Shown here piece by piece: positions 24,421 through 37,900 of a stretch of 64,000 nucleotides of DNA (within the stretch, counting starts at the first letter, position 1; each line of letters opens with the position of its first letter). This stretch comes from Rhina ancylostomus (taxonomy: Eukaryota): positions 45,697,260 through 45,761,259 of the forward strand of contig JARFYF010000119.1 of the NCBI GenBank assembly GCA_030265395.1, read 5' to 3'. The position numbers were made by a program, and so were the translations under genes. The notes under the pieces were generated by a model. That model was not told the origin of the DNA. It was given only the letters and a program-made list of their open reading frames with translations, and did not search any database.

Positions 24421-27400
24421 CTGATGGGTTATGCAGCCTTATTCTAACAGTTAACTTATCTGACCACTCCCCAAAATCTCATCCTTGTCCTGCTTTCTCA
24501 CTTTTAAAAACTATGAACTGACTCCAGCATTACTGAGTTTGATTTTCTAATCAATTTTACTGGTCAATGCAGATATTGAACAAATGGTTCCAACATCCAT
24601 ATCCCATACTCCTGAGGGATTGGGATTCTACTACCAGTGTTCCTCCTGGTCCCAAATTACTGCCGGCTACTCAATGACCCTTTAACGATTTTGAATTTAA
24701 AGCAGATTAAAAAGTAGAAGCTAGAGTGTGCCAGACATCCACTCAAATCTGCCTCAACATCATTATGGCTAATCTTTGCCTCCTTTTTTCTCCTGTTCAC
24801 TTGCCATATTCTTATTCTCTTGCTGTTCAGGAGTCTGTCAATCTCTAAGCACCCTCTCAGACAGTGAGCTGCAAAGATTAACTACACTCTGCATTTTCTC
24901 CTCCCCTCTTGTCTTGTGGCATCCTGAGACAATCCCATCAAGTTCTAGGTTTCCTTCTAAAGGAAATGGCTTCTCCACCCAACCTGTCAGCCTCACTCAG
25001 AATCCTGTGCACCTCAATGAGATCACCTCTAATTCTTCTAAACTCCACTAATTATAGGCTAATGTCACTCACTCTCCTCAAAGAGCAACCAACCTCGACC
25101 GAGGAATCGATCTCGTGAATCTACACTGCCTGACACCAATTCAAGTACATTAACAGGCTAAACTTTTAGATTGATTTATTAGCTAAAAATAACAACCCAC
25201 GCCCCCAGGGGTGATCCAAGGCATTTATTACCCTTCTCAGCTGTGCCGAGTTTCTGTGTTGCTGTGGTTCCTACAGATATGCTTCAGGGTCACATCTTAT
25301 TTTGAGCTATACTGGTTTTGTAACAGGGAAATTCCAGTAAAGCAGAAAATGGCAGTACTTGATTCCAAAAGTATATAACATTATTTTCACCTATTATATT
25401 GCTGCATTGTACCACATTAAAACCACTGCACTGTGGTGTTGTTCTGCAATAATGCTGCTCTTTTTAACTCTGATAGTAATTTAAAAATTCTTCCTATTAT
25501 ATTGCACGCAAGCTTTGAGACTGGAAAATTTCCATGCACATTTTCTCCAGAATCTACCTCTTTAAGTTTATTATGGAATAGAACCAATTACTCAAGTGGC
25601 AAAGTAGCATCAAACAGATTTTTGTAATATTGTTAAATATATTTTATCCAGATGCAACTAACCAATCAATGTGAATACCTTAATTTCCCAAAATAGATTT
25701 GTCTTGTAGCTCTATGATATAAAATACTGTGCAGATGAAATGAGTGAAAAACGTTGGCACAGTTAATTATTAAATGCAGAGAGCAGAAAGTGTAATGAAG
25801 CATAGCTGGTATCAGATGGTAATTTATAATTATTTTCAGCCTTTCGCCATTCATGAATATTTCTGTAGAAGTAGCAACTGGTGCTTAAGCACCGTCTTTA
25901 CTTCAGTGAAGCAGTCTTTTTGTTGGAATAAACTACAATTTTTTGATGTTTAAAGCAGCTTTATGAAATAAGGTGATTCATCCAATGGTTTAGATGATCA
26001 CTGGCAAGTTATGGAGACAGCTGCATCAAATTTACGGGAAGGTGATGAGACCTTAATAAATTAAAATAGAACAGGAGCTTGGGACTCTGGGATGCCCTTG
26101 CCTGAAGACAAAAATATTTATAGTTGCCTAAGGCAACCTGCAGAATTTCTGAAGTGATCTGGTAACAGTCGGGCATATTTGAAACCTTCTAAGTAGCTGG
26201 ATCTAATTGTAGAGGGGCTTATTCTCACAATGGTAGCTTATTATTTGTAATAAATGTAATCTATTTGATTATGATATGAATGCTTCCCCTTCATTGCTGA
26301 CTGCTTTAAAATTTCTGGTGATTAAAAAAAATCTGTTAAACTATTTCAAATTATGGCCACATAGGAAATACTTATTGACACATCACCAATGGAGGAGAAT
26401 CTACATAATAATGTTGTTGTGACTCTGATACCTAGTGACGACTTGTTTCTTGTTTCTTCCTGAGCCATTAAAAGGGTAGCTTGCAGGACACAGCCATTTA
26501 TTAGTTTAAGGCTCTAGGGTAGAGGGAATACAGTTTTGGGTGCCACCTTGAGATACCAGCAGTGGGAAGAGTCTCTGATTTTCCAGTGACTCATCATTGG
26601 AGGTGCTGGTTTCAGAAGTGGGACTGGGAGTGACTGGTANNNNNNNNNNATTGGGAAATGGTGTAAGTGTAGAGAGGGGCTAGAGAGGCAATCAGTGCAA
26701 TCTCCATCTCAAAAACCACCACATTCTGCAAAAGGCAAATGAGTGGCCTTAGGAAGTCAAGTCTGTTATACTAAGACATTCCCCCGAACATTGGCCAAAG
26801 ACCATGAGAAACTAGAAGGGCGGGGCAGATGTATTGACCTTTTGAGACTGTTTTGCCACACAATAAGATCAATGACGGATCTAAAAATTGCCTCCAGTTT
26901 CTTATTATCATCCCCACATTTCTTGATTCTATTCATATCCAAAAATTATCAGCCTTCTCTTGAATATGCTCCATAACTGAACATCCACAGCACATTGGCG
27001 TAGAGAATTGAAACAACTTGCAACCCTTTGAATGAACAAGCTTCTCCTCCAAGTGCTAAATAGTCACTCCCTTATTCTGACAATGTAACTCCTAATTGGA
27101 ACTCCCCTGTCCGTAGAGACATTCTCTCCACATCTGTTAAGCCCTTGAGGAAATTAGTTTCATTAAATAAAATTGTTCCTCATTTCTCTAAACTCTGGGA
27201 ACCATAGACTTAATGCCCTGTGTCTCTGTGACAATTTCTTATTCACACTAACCATTCTAGCAAGCCGTTGTTGTCCTCCCTGTGAAACAGAAGTTTCCAA
27301 ATTTTCATTCTGTTGTGCACAGCCACACCACCACCGCCCACCCCTGCCTGCCTCCAAAGAGAGAGCATCGCTGGGAGATACTAGTTCACAATGAGAAATA

Positions 27401-30400
27401 AGGGTATTATTATTGGTGGGCACTCCAAGCCCAACCAAGTTATCACAGTGCTGCTTAATCTGCAACAGCACTAGCTCTGGGACATCCCTTTGAATTATCT
27501 ACCTATCAGCTTGGCTTGATACTCCACACACCATGATCCACTAATTGTCCAAGAATGGGCTCTCCCAATTAACAATACCCCACTGATGATTTCAGGGCTC
27601 ATTGTGGGTGAATATTATCAGCTTATCTTCACTGCCACTACCAATCTGGGTAGCTGCCTCCCCCCCCCCCCTCCAGTTCACATTCTGCCACATCCTTCTT
27701 CCCACCCCCCACACACGTGAGTCACTTTCCCCTGCTACCCTCCTTCATTGGATCCAGACTTGCCTGATATCCTTNNNNNNNNNNNNNNNNNNNNNNNNNN
27801 NNNNNNNNNNNNNNNNNNNNNNNNNNNNNNNNNNNNNNNNNNNNNNNNNNNNNNNNNNNNNNNNNNNNNNNNNNAGACTTGCCTGATATCCTTAACCTGT
27901 CTCGCAATGGTACAGTGTGCAAAGGTCTTTCCTTTGCTAAGGCCATTTCAATAGCTCTCAAAGCCAAACACTGTTGAAGTCCCATAAGAACAACCAATAT
28001 ATCTTGGGCATTGGATTATTAATGGTATTTTAAGTTTTAGGTGGATGACGGGAGAGAATAGGAAATGGATTTGAAGAACTATTTTTTGCAGCTCCCACAG
28101 TCTTCCCAGTATTTAGTTGAAGGGAATTTCTATGAGTTCCCTTGTGCTGTCTGCCAATAGTCTCAGCACTTTCATGAGGTTGATTTGTTCTGGGCCACCC
28201 ACAGGATCTGATTATGTTGCATAAAGCTATGGTAGCACTTGAGGCACAGCTGAAGGGTTTGGGCACTTGGCCAACAGGTGCCCAAGGGGAAGCTAGGAGG
28301 TGTAAGTTCTGGAGAGTTGCATCTGTCAATAGCAAGTGTGAGCAGTGGGTTGCACTCAAGTGATTCACAGCGTCTTTGATGCACCATAATTGCCTCCCTC
28401 TAACTTTTTAAATTAGGTTACAAATAGCTGAGGTCCAAGCATTGATCCTTGCAGTGCAACACTAGTCACAGCCTCTCTGCCTAAAAATTACATGTTTATT
28501 CCTATTCTGTTTTGTATCTGTTAATCAATTTTAAATCCAAACCAATGTACTGCTTATGGGCACAACACGAGTTCTAATCTTTTTGAAATATCCTCGTGTG
28601 GTCCTATCAAGTGCTCGACCATTGGTGGTTCTTCATCTGCCCTACTGGTTACAACAAAATAATGTTGAATTTTATCAAATATGACTTTGCTTTCATAAAT
28701 CTGTTTTGACTTGTTCAATCATTATTTTCTAAATCCCTGATAATACATTCAATTATTTTCTGTCAAACTGTTATCGGGCTAACTGTTCATTTTGTTCCCT
28801 GTATACTCTTGTATTCTTTTCAGGAATAGCATGAACGGTTCTAAAATCTAGGGAATGTTTGAAAGTCAAAACCAATGCATTCACATTTTTGTTTAAGGTG
28901 CTACAGGACATGTGTCATCAGGACTGGATTTGGGTCCCAGTAATATTTACAGCATTATTTTTTATCAATAGTAATTCTAAGTTAATTTCCCCTGAGTAAC
29001 ACAAGATCCTGGCTGCTCCACAATTACGAAAGCACCAAGACATCAAATCTGTGGTGCACTGATGTCTCGCAGAACTTCCAGGATATTTTTGTTGGTTCAA
29101 ATACACTTTTGCAATCAGTGGGGTGAAAACTAGTGACTTGTCATGCCTTGACCACCCCACACAAGCAAACCTAGCTTTAGTTTGTTCAGAAGGTTATGGG
29201 TTGACCTTGATCACATTCAAGTGACACAAGACGGGGTGGCTCTCCCCTGCACAAATGGAAAATGGAGAAACTTCCCACTGCAATGTGGTGAAGTTCAATC
29301 TATTCCTCACAGTATCAACTGCTGCACAGGGGATACTGATCCTACACATCAGTCAATTTGTCATTTGATGAATGGATTGTCAGTTGCTTTTCATTTACCG
29401 CATGAGAAAAAAAATTAACTTGGCTCATTACATTAAGTTCTATTTTCAAGGCAGGTGTGAAATTTCTGCCATTTGCTTATTCATCTGTTTAACACTTATC
29501 CTCCTTCACTCTGCACCTGTTTGTTGGAGGAAACTCGCCTCTTCCAAGGGCAACCTCTTCAATTAGAGTGCTTCCCTACCATGAAATCATTCTCTCAACA
29601 AATTCTCTCCCAGGACTTCTAAGTTTTGAAAAGGATACTCAAAAGAGCCTCTAACATACTTTTTGAACAGGGAGAACTTTAAAGTATCAACACTGAAAAT
29701 ATGCTTCCGATCCAGCTTGTTGGATCAACCAGCTCTTCTCTGACTATTGACCTGCTCTCATCGGTTTCTTCAGTGATGTCCATTATGTTGTAGTGTGCAA
29801 TCCTCGTGTCTGTAGAACCTCACCAGAATGTTTCCTGTGTGGTCAGCATCTTCTGTCAATGGGATCTGACTGAATTTGCTAAATGTGTTAACTCATTATC
29901 AGTCTGCAGAACTATCAATTAACATATCAATATAATACTTCTCAATCAAAACCTTTAATTGAAATTCTCTGTTCACCTGGTGGTGCCTGTGGCATAAATA
30001 CAATTGCAGTTCCTCATTGAATGAACTTCCAAACTGAGCTCCTCCTTTCAACTATTGTTCCAAATTACCACTTAAATTCCTTTGATTACTTGTCTTAGAT
30101 TTGGATCTGCAGGCTGTTGAAATGTGACCTTTTGGTAACAACACTTATCTGTTCCAAACTGACAATAGTATAGTAACTAATGGCCATTGTAATGATAACA
30201 CCTGACTGAACTGGTCTCACCAGTATACTTCAGACTCTAGCTTTTGACTTGCTACTGTTTTCTGACTGTGTACTTGCTATAGCAGTCACTCAAGGTGGAT
30301 AAAATTTCCCAGCATCCTTGGATACCATTTCCATCATTGCAGAAATTTTGTATGCAAGTTCACATGTAAAGTTTTGCATTCTCAGCAACTCTGGTTGAAT

Positions 30401-30884
30401 TCATTCATGAGCCCATCCCCACATAAACCCATGGACAACATCATCCCAAATAGCACCACAAGGATAAGTTCTTTAAGGGCGATGCACTCATAATTGTCAC
30501 ACCATGCTTATGCTTTTTCTACTTTAACAGCTTCAGATTCTGCACAACATCTTTAATCAAGACAATTCTTGCCTTTCTTTGCTTTTATCGGCATGTAATT
30601 TGCTGATTGCCGATCATAACCAGTTCAGTTGTTTTATCATGCTTGCATGTTCCATCATTTTGGGTTCTTACAATGTCATTACCTCTTTCTACCTCTACCA
30701 TATTGTTCACTTTGAAGGAAGTACCCACTCATTCAATATAAGAACTGAATGGTACTTCAGCTCGGTCATAAGTATAGAGGATCCTGGTATAGCCACTCAG
30801 CCATGTTGTCCTACTCCTACTCCCAATCACCAGTGATACACTTAAACTTGGTGCATCCTTAGTCTGGTGATGTGCCAACACAAG

Positions 30885-31010
30885 AATGATAGAGAAATGG
30901 GGAGCTATGTGGGAGGGAAGGGTTAGATAGATCTTGGAGCAGGATAAAATGTCGGCACAACATTGTGGGCCAAAGGGCCTGTNNNNNNCTGTAGTGTCCT
31001 ATGTTCTACT
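30885..31010 (+). mobile_element. CR1 LINE 3' tail
   Basis: Reverse-complement match to the tail at 38746-38850. Confidence 0.85.
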
Positions 31011-31075
31011 ACCATCCCTTTCCATTATGGCTTTCTGTGCAGTTCACGCTTATCAGTGCTCAAGGGCTTGGACAT

Positions 31076-31498
31076 CACGCGGAGAATCTCCTGGTGGGTC
31101 TTCTGCCGGGCCTGGCCAAGCTGGCCATCCACGGGATGCGGCGGCAGGCGGACAAGGGTTCCAGCTGGTCAGTGTGCCTGCCCATCTTACGTGCGCGTGC
31201 ACGGGTGCCCTTGGAGCGGGAGCACATGGTCTCCGCGGGCACCCTGATTGAGTTCTGTGCTCATTGGGCCCCTCGGGATCCCTTATGTCGTGGACAGTAC
31301 AAATGCGATTCTTATCTGAAGTGTTGCGTTAGCAGGTGTAGTGTTGCGTGTGTGTTTCACCGTTTTAGTTTGCTTTATTTTACTCTAGTTAAGTAGCTGC
31401 TTAGTTGTTTCTTCTGTTCTGTATTAGATGTAGTGTATTGACATTGGTTGTCCTTTTTCTTGTAGAGCTTTTAGTTAATAAATGTTTATATAAAAAAA
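31076..31498 (+). mobile_element. 5'-truncated Tx1-clade (L1 group) non-LTR retrotransposon
   Basis: LLVGLLPGLAKLAIHGMRRQ...LRARARVPLEREHMVSAGTLIEFCAHWAP resembles the Tx1 ORF2 C-terminus. AATAAA at 31477, A-tail at 31492-31498, TSD GGCTTGGACAT at 31065-31075 and 31499-31509. Confidence 0.85.
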
Positions 31499-34400
31499 GG
31501 CTTGGACATATGTGATTCCATGTGAGTGATTGCAGGAACATCATGGAAACTCAGATTTGGTGCAACATGATCACCTAAAACCTGTCAAGCGAGAAGCATC
31601 AATCTCCTTTAATAATCCCAAAGGAAAACCGCTGACCTCATTGTTGATTTGTAGTGAGGTCATATTGCACTTGACACAGCATAAATGTATCTAAAGATGT
31701 AATGGTTTAAGTGCAAGGAATCTTTGGTCACCATTGCCTGCACGCTCATGTGATGTGAATCTTACAAAGCTGCAAAGTTTGTTGTGTACTGTGGAAAATG
31801 CTGGGGTCATGGCTATTTCAAGCTTTGACATTTGACAAATATTCAGGTTTTTCTGACTCTTTTTTGGCTGATCCTATGTTGCTTGTACCATGAAAGTTTT
31901 CCAGAAACAAAACTACTTAAAGCTCTTTGGTTCAGAGACCATACTCCACAATTTCTGTTACTATGTGTTGCAGGATTTTTGCTGCTGTTTGGTTTACAAT
32001 CCTTTCCAAGTATGCCATATCACGATGGAAGCACAGAGAGCCTATAAAAATATGAACACTGCTTCTGTCACCAAATATAAATTACTAACTTCAATCTGCA
32101 ACAAGTATAGAAGCAGCAAAAACATATTTTTGAAACAAACTAAAACTGCACACTCACCCTCAAGACAGCAGGCCTGGTTTGGTGGTGCAATGAACTGTAT
32201 CTGCTAAGAATATATGTGAGTTCAACTCTCTCTGGTGTTCTTTTGCAGAACATTTACATGTGCCCTCTCCCCCAGAAAACTTCCAGTGCACGTTCAAGTA
32301 TAGGGTGTGCTATTAACTAGGGCTCATTGGGAGAACCCTTACTTCAGTTATAAGTATGTCTTTCCATCGTTCATCACACAGACCCCTTGTAGACTCGCTT
32401 CAACAGTTGGCTGATCGTAAATCATCTCTGTTTTGTATCGTCACAAGTAGCTTGTTCCTATATTTAGTTCTGGTATTTAGTGCTGTATTATAGAGATTTG
32501 AATCCTGTCAATCCAGGGTTTGTGGTGAATTTCCAAAGGTGTCTCCAACTCGTTTGCTGCGGCTATAACTGAAGAACCATGGCATCCTTGGGAAAAGGAT
32601 AGGAGGATAGTTATTTTTGTGGCCTTTGTGCCAAGGTTTTAAAAGGATGAGTGGGACAATCTTTAGAAAATCTCTCTACCCCCGTCATGTAGATATTGGT
32701 TGACCTGGATTATACCTCCACAATAGACTAAATTTTGAACTCTGACTTTTAATAGGCACAGAATTGTCACTGCACCACTATCTGTGCATGCATCAAGAGG
32801 CATGAATACAAATTGGTCCAGGGGATCATTCACATATTGTACAGATCATAGGGAATATACTTGAACAAGGGCATCAATTCTGGTTTACCCCCTTCAAAGA
32901 CTGTGGTCCTCCTGGGGTGTTGAGGTATTAGATGGACTTTGGAGAAAGTGTAGTTTTGAAGCTGGTTCTGGGGAGAGGGGGTGGGGTGGGGGGGGGAGAG
33001 AGAACGACTGCGATTCCTGTTGAGTCTGGTGCAGCCCTTCTCCAGCTACCCACGAACGATATGGTTTTCTTAACTCTTAGGAAAAAAAACTCCACCTCCT
33101 TGCCCTTGCTGGACACAGAATCCTAAGCTGGGTCCCACTCACCAACATTTCAAAAGTATGCTTTCGTGTCTAGGATGCCTGAAAACTGGGACCTACATTT
33201 TTAACAGAGGGGCCTGTGTCTGCATAAATTGGATGAAGGCCATTACTGTTAAACTGTATGGTTGCTATTATTTTATGCTTGGTAAGCTGCCGCCATGCAT
33301 ACCAATCTCTTCTGCATTGTCTCAATATGGAATTGTGAGCTGAGCCAACCAATGTGAGAACGAAACACTCTAAACTTGTGCTCTTCAGATGCAATTCTAG
33401 GTTGATATGGTGTTGCTTAGCAATCACAGCAAAGCATTAGTGACAAATTTGCCCAGTGTCTGACCTGCCTTTGAGTGGGATTGACAAGCTTCGATTTACA
33501 GTAATTAGAGAAAATACCTCACAAACATCCTTCTGAGAACTCAGAGGCTGATATTCAGGTACTACTTTGTAATCCTGTTGTCTGTAATGTTATCTTCCTC
33601 TGTTTCCCTGTTTTCCTTTGACAGTCATCTACCTTTTCCCCACCTCTTGAAGGTATTGGCACTCGTAAGACACCACCCAGTAATGCCAATCACTCACTGG
33701 TACTGTCCTGACACAATCCATCTTCATGCAGTGACAATTCACTGATTGATAGTAGTCCACCCAGACTGAGAGGTACTGGATAGACATCAAAAGAATGGTC
33801 TAAACTTACCCATCTAACCTTACATCATTTGAACCAGCTATAATTCTCTAGCCTTTCTGTGCTAAGGAATGAATTTCCACAATACTTATTTCCTAATTGT
33901 GCAGAGGAACAGTGCAAGATCTGAAAACTTTTCTCCTGCATTCCCATTTTCTTTAACCAGGTGTACAGGAACTGCGTAGGGGGCCAACTCAACACCAACT
34001 CAACAACGTCCTTCTTGTGTAGGACGGTGGGAATGATAAAATGGAATGAAGCAGTACTGTGGAGGTGATTGATGAAGCAGTTGGCAGTGCCCACAGTTGA
34101 ACAGCAGATTCCACCCTGAATGTAGTTTAATAGTTTGCCAATTTTGCTGACTCACTCGAACATGTTTGAACACAGAGCAGATTAGTGGAGAAGATGAACT
34201 TCTGTAGAATTCGCCAAGCTAAATTACTACACTCTCAGATATGACAGTTCTGGGATTTGAAGTTGACTCCACTTGGAAATAAGGAAGAGAACAGTGGGAA
34301 ATACGCAGGTGAATGGAATGGGCTAAAGCATGGCAGAGGGAATTCAGTGTGGGAAAATGTGAGGGAATCCATCAGCTAGGAGGGAGTGGAGGGGAGCGGT

Positions 34401-34539
34401 AACACTTGATTCGATATGATTTTGAAAGTGANNNNNNNNNNTTGGGGTCACCCTGTGCATTGATCTTCGGATTTGGGAGGATTGTTTAAAGTAGTGTCCG
34501 ATTAAGTGGCTGATACAGTTGAGGAGCAGCTGGAGTATT

Positions 34540-35000
34540 TTGAGTATTTCTGAGCACTGTAGCACTGGAGAAACAAGAAGCAATTTGCAAGAATTGTTGT
34601 CAAGGTGCAGGTAAAATGGTTATGTGGATATATTCGAGAAGCTAGGGTGGTTGTTGGTTTTTAGAACACAGAAGCTCAGAGAAGATTCAATTCAATTGAG
34701 GTGTTCAAAATAATAAGTTCCGATAGCTTCTCTTTATTCATTCTGTTACCAGTGTCTGGAGGATTGATAACCAGAAGAATAACTTGTTTAAGGTAAGTGG
34801 CCAAAACATGAGGAGAAAGCACTGTTTGTGGTTTTGGATGCTCTGCCTGATCGGCAGGTGGAAACAGAATCAGTAGCAGCCTCTGAAAGGCAGTAAGAGA
34901 GATATAATTGCAGTGATTTTGGGTAGTAATACTTAACTGCATTGCTGTTTGAAAGAACCAGCACAAACTTAATAGGCTCAATGACCTGCTGTGCTATGGA
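34540..35000 (+). mobile_element. Old CR1 3' fragment
   Basis: Decayed match to the CR1 3' ORF end and tail (gaggtgttcaaaat...gcctga...ggtggaa). Confidence 0.6.
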
Positions 35001-36138
35001 GTTATTTCTCAAGGAATTAGAGAGACACGTGAGACTTGGAACTTGTGCACAGTGCAATAGTCAGGCAAAATTCCAGTGTCCTTGCCACAGTTATGAATTC
35101 TGCCCCATTCTCAACCTGAGCACGCCGATGTGGCAGAACTGAATGCTGAAACTGGTAATCAACACGGACTGGATATACGTGCACTCAAGGTAGAAATGTT
35201 TCTAATAAAATCAAATGAAGATACATTTTTCATACACCTAGGTGTGGGAATAACCCAAGGTTCCAAAGCGAGAACCTGAGATTTGAAAAGGTGCAGATAC
35301 TTCTTGTAATGTACTACCACTCATGTCATCAAGGAAATCCTACCTGCTGGACTCGCTGGGGCTCACAGGATGAATATTTGAAACCAGATGCTCTGGATAA
35401 TGGCAATTGATTTTGTATTTGCACAGAAGACCAGCTTGACCTAGTGTCTGATTGGAGGAGTCCCGAAAAGTTTTGAGGGGAAAGAAAACTTAGCAGGGCC
35501 TTGACCTTTCCCAATCTACCTCTGACTTGCTTCATCCCAGGGGGAAAGACACTGCAGCCTCCTGCTTGGTGGTACAGACTTGATGAATGTCATTGAGGTC
35601 CAAGCTACATATTTAATGAAAGACCATGACAGATTCAGGTAGGTGCCTTTGTTCCTGCTCAGACAAGTAGGATAAAGACAATTGTCAGGATGCAGGGGGA
35701 AGCTCAGTAAATCACTAAGGGCCCATCTGTCCTTTGCCTACCAGGTGTGTGGCTTGTAAATTGTCCTCCCTTCCACTGGTGCCATGAGCCAGGATTGTAA
35801 AGTCTGCACCAAAACAGATGAAGCCATTCAGATCCAAAATTTGTATCCCAAATATTCAAGATGGAGTGATTCAATAGAATGGGAAGCCACAGTGAACCAG
35901 AAGTAATGGGTACCCAGACAACTGAAAACGAGTTGAAGCAGAGTACTTTTCTTGTCCATGGTTTGGAATTCATGAATTTAATCCATGTTATCCTGGACTC
36001 TTCATAAAATAATGTAATCGAGTTATTTTAATTAAATTTAATTTAAATCTAATTAATTAATAATTTAAATGCATTATTTTAATTAAATTATTACATTTTA
36101 CCTGTATGAGGGAATGCTGAAGGTCAAAGGCAACTTAA

Positions 36139-36935
36139 CAGCAGTGCAAAATGCACACTAATTAATTGACAGAGTATTTTCTGTTAACTTCAGGAAACTG
36201 GAGAGAAGGGAGGGAGGTAGGGTGGGGTGTGCGGTGCTGGGGACCCAAACATGATCAAACAGCTGCCAGTTTGTCATTCACCCATTTTGGACATCTGAAT
36301 ATTTATGTTAGAGGAGTACCTCAGCAAAGAGTTCCCTCTGCTGGTAGAATCCTGATATAGCATTGGCTATTTTTTTCCTATAGAAAGGAAGCATTTCTAT
36401 AAAATACTTAAAGGTGTTTGCAATGCTGAAAAGATGTACTGTAGAGAGATATATTTAACAGCTATTGAATAATTATTTCCATACATCCATTGATAATCAA
36501 TCAATAGCTCTGCAGTAGCTAGATTTCACATTTGGGGTTAGTGGGTGAATGTCATCAAGCTATTCAACCATTGTGCAACAGTCTTTCCATTTCAATCCTT
36601 AGTGAAGTCACAAACTTTTCTTTCAGCACTCCATAGACCGGGATTACTGTGACATCAGCCAGCTACCCTGTCTGGGATCAACTAACTTTTAACAGCACAG
36701 GTCTTCCCATTATGGGTGAATNNNNNNNNNNNNNNNNNNNNNNNNNNNNNNNNNNNNNNNNNNNNNNNNNNNNNNNNNNNNNNNNNNNNNNNNNNNNNNN
36801 NNNNNNNNNNNNNNNNNNNNNATGTTTGGGTCCCCAGCACCGCACACCCCACTCTAAGTCCCTCCCTTCTCTCCAATTTCCTGAAGTTAACAAAAAATAC
36901 TCTGTCAATTAATTAGTGTGCATTTTGCACTGCTG
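36139..36935. mobile_element. Non-autonomous element with ~147-bp imperfect terminal inverted repeats (MITE-like)
   Basis: 36139-36285 and 36712-36935 (the latter containing a 100-N gap) are reverse complements with a few mismatches. The ORF track shows the twin peptides MTEYFLLTSGNWREGR on opposite strands. Confidence 0.75.
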
Positions 36936-37049
36936 ATACCAAATGGGTATGTTGCCCATTTTCCTCAGGTCACTCCTTTTCCTAGTAGCCCATGAAGTTC
37001 CTTGAATAGGTTCCTCTCAGCTATTCACCATTAGCAATAGTTTGGCCAA

Positions 37050-37900
37050 ATCAAATACGACAGGGGCTCTCCAATACCTCTTAACACTACCTGTACTTCA
37101 ATTATTCGAGAAGACAAAAATAACCCCATGTTCCTCTCTCTGGTCCAGCCCTTGCTTTGCATCTTGGTATCTAAAGTCAAGCATACTGAACCTGTATATT
37201 TCATAAATTTCAAACCTATTCCTTCCATTACCTGTTAATGAGCTCCCCTTTATTGTTGTGCCAATTGAAGACCTAAACCTATGTCCCTTTCCTTTCCCTT
37301 CCTCCAAATTCTGCTCACTGCAAGATCAATTTGTTCCTGAGACTTCACGCCAACTGTCTTCACCTTTCAACTCTATTTCACTGACGTTCCTTCCTGATCC
37401 AAAATCTTACTTGGACTTTAATTACTTCATCCTCAATATAGACTTCAAATTTGTTATCATTCCCTCCCTCCCTTCCCCTCATTATTTACCTCCGAATTAA
37501 CAACTCGCTATGAACATCTATTCAAAGTTCTTGAGGGAGCTGTCATCCTTGGACTCCAAAACTCTGCCTCCCTCCATTCCTTATTTGAATTCCTCAAATC
37601 CATTTTTCATCCCGACCATATCAGTGAAATCGAGTGACCACAGCCATGTTGCGTTACCCCCCCCCCCCCACATTGATGTCCTTGACTGCCGTGTAGCTTT
37701 TGAGTCTGACCACAGGATCTTCTGATAGGTTTCTTTTGTTGTCTGTTTTAGTGGAACATTCTTTATTTGACTACATTTCTCTCTCTGTGGCAGTGGCTTG
37801 TGTTCTTTCATGGTACTGTTACCTTTAGGGCATCCCCAGTACTTATCCTTTTCCTATTTACACACTGTCCCTGATGATATTCTTTTGACATTGGTTATTT
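37050..37900 (+). mobile_element. Highly decayed L2-like LINE
   Basis: C/T-rich; near 37680 cttgactgccgtgtagcttttgagtctgaccac resembles the L2 LDLSAAFDTVDH coding sequence. Confidence 0.45.

Noticed and set aside
32970-32996. G-quadruplex-like G tracts (also C tracts at 41055-41092)
   Set aside because: Low-complexity tracts are common in this genome and nothing in the context suggests function.
36020-36095. AT-only quasi-palindromic tract
   Set aside because: Low complexity; self-complementarity is expected from composition alone.
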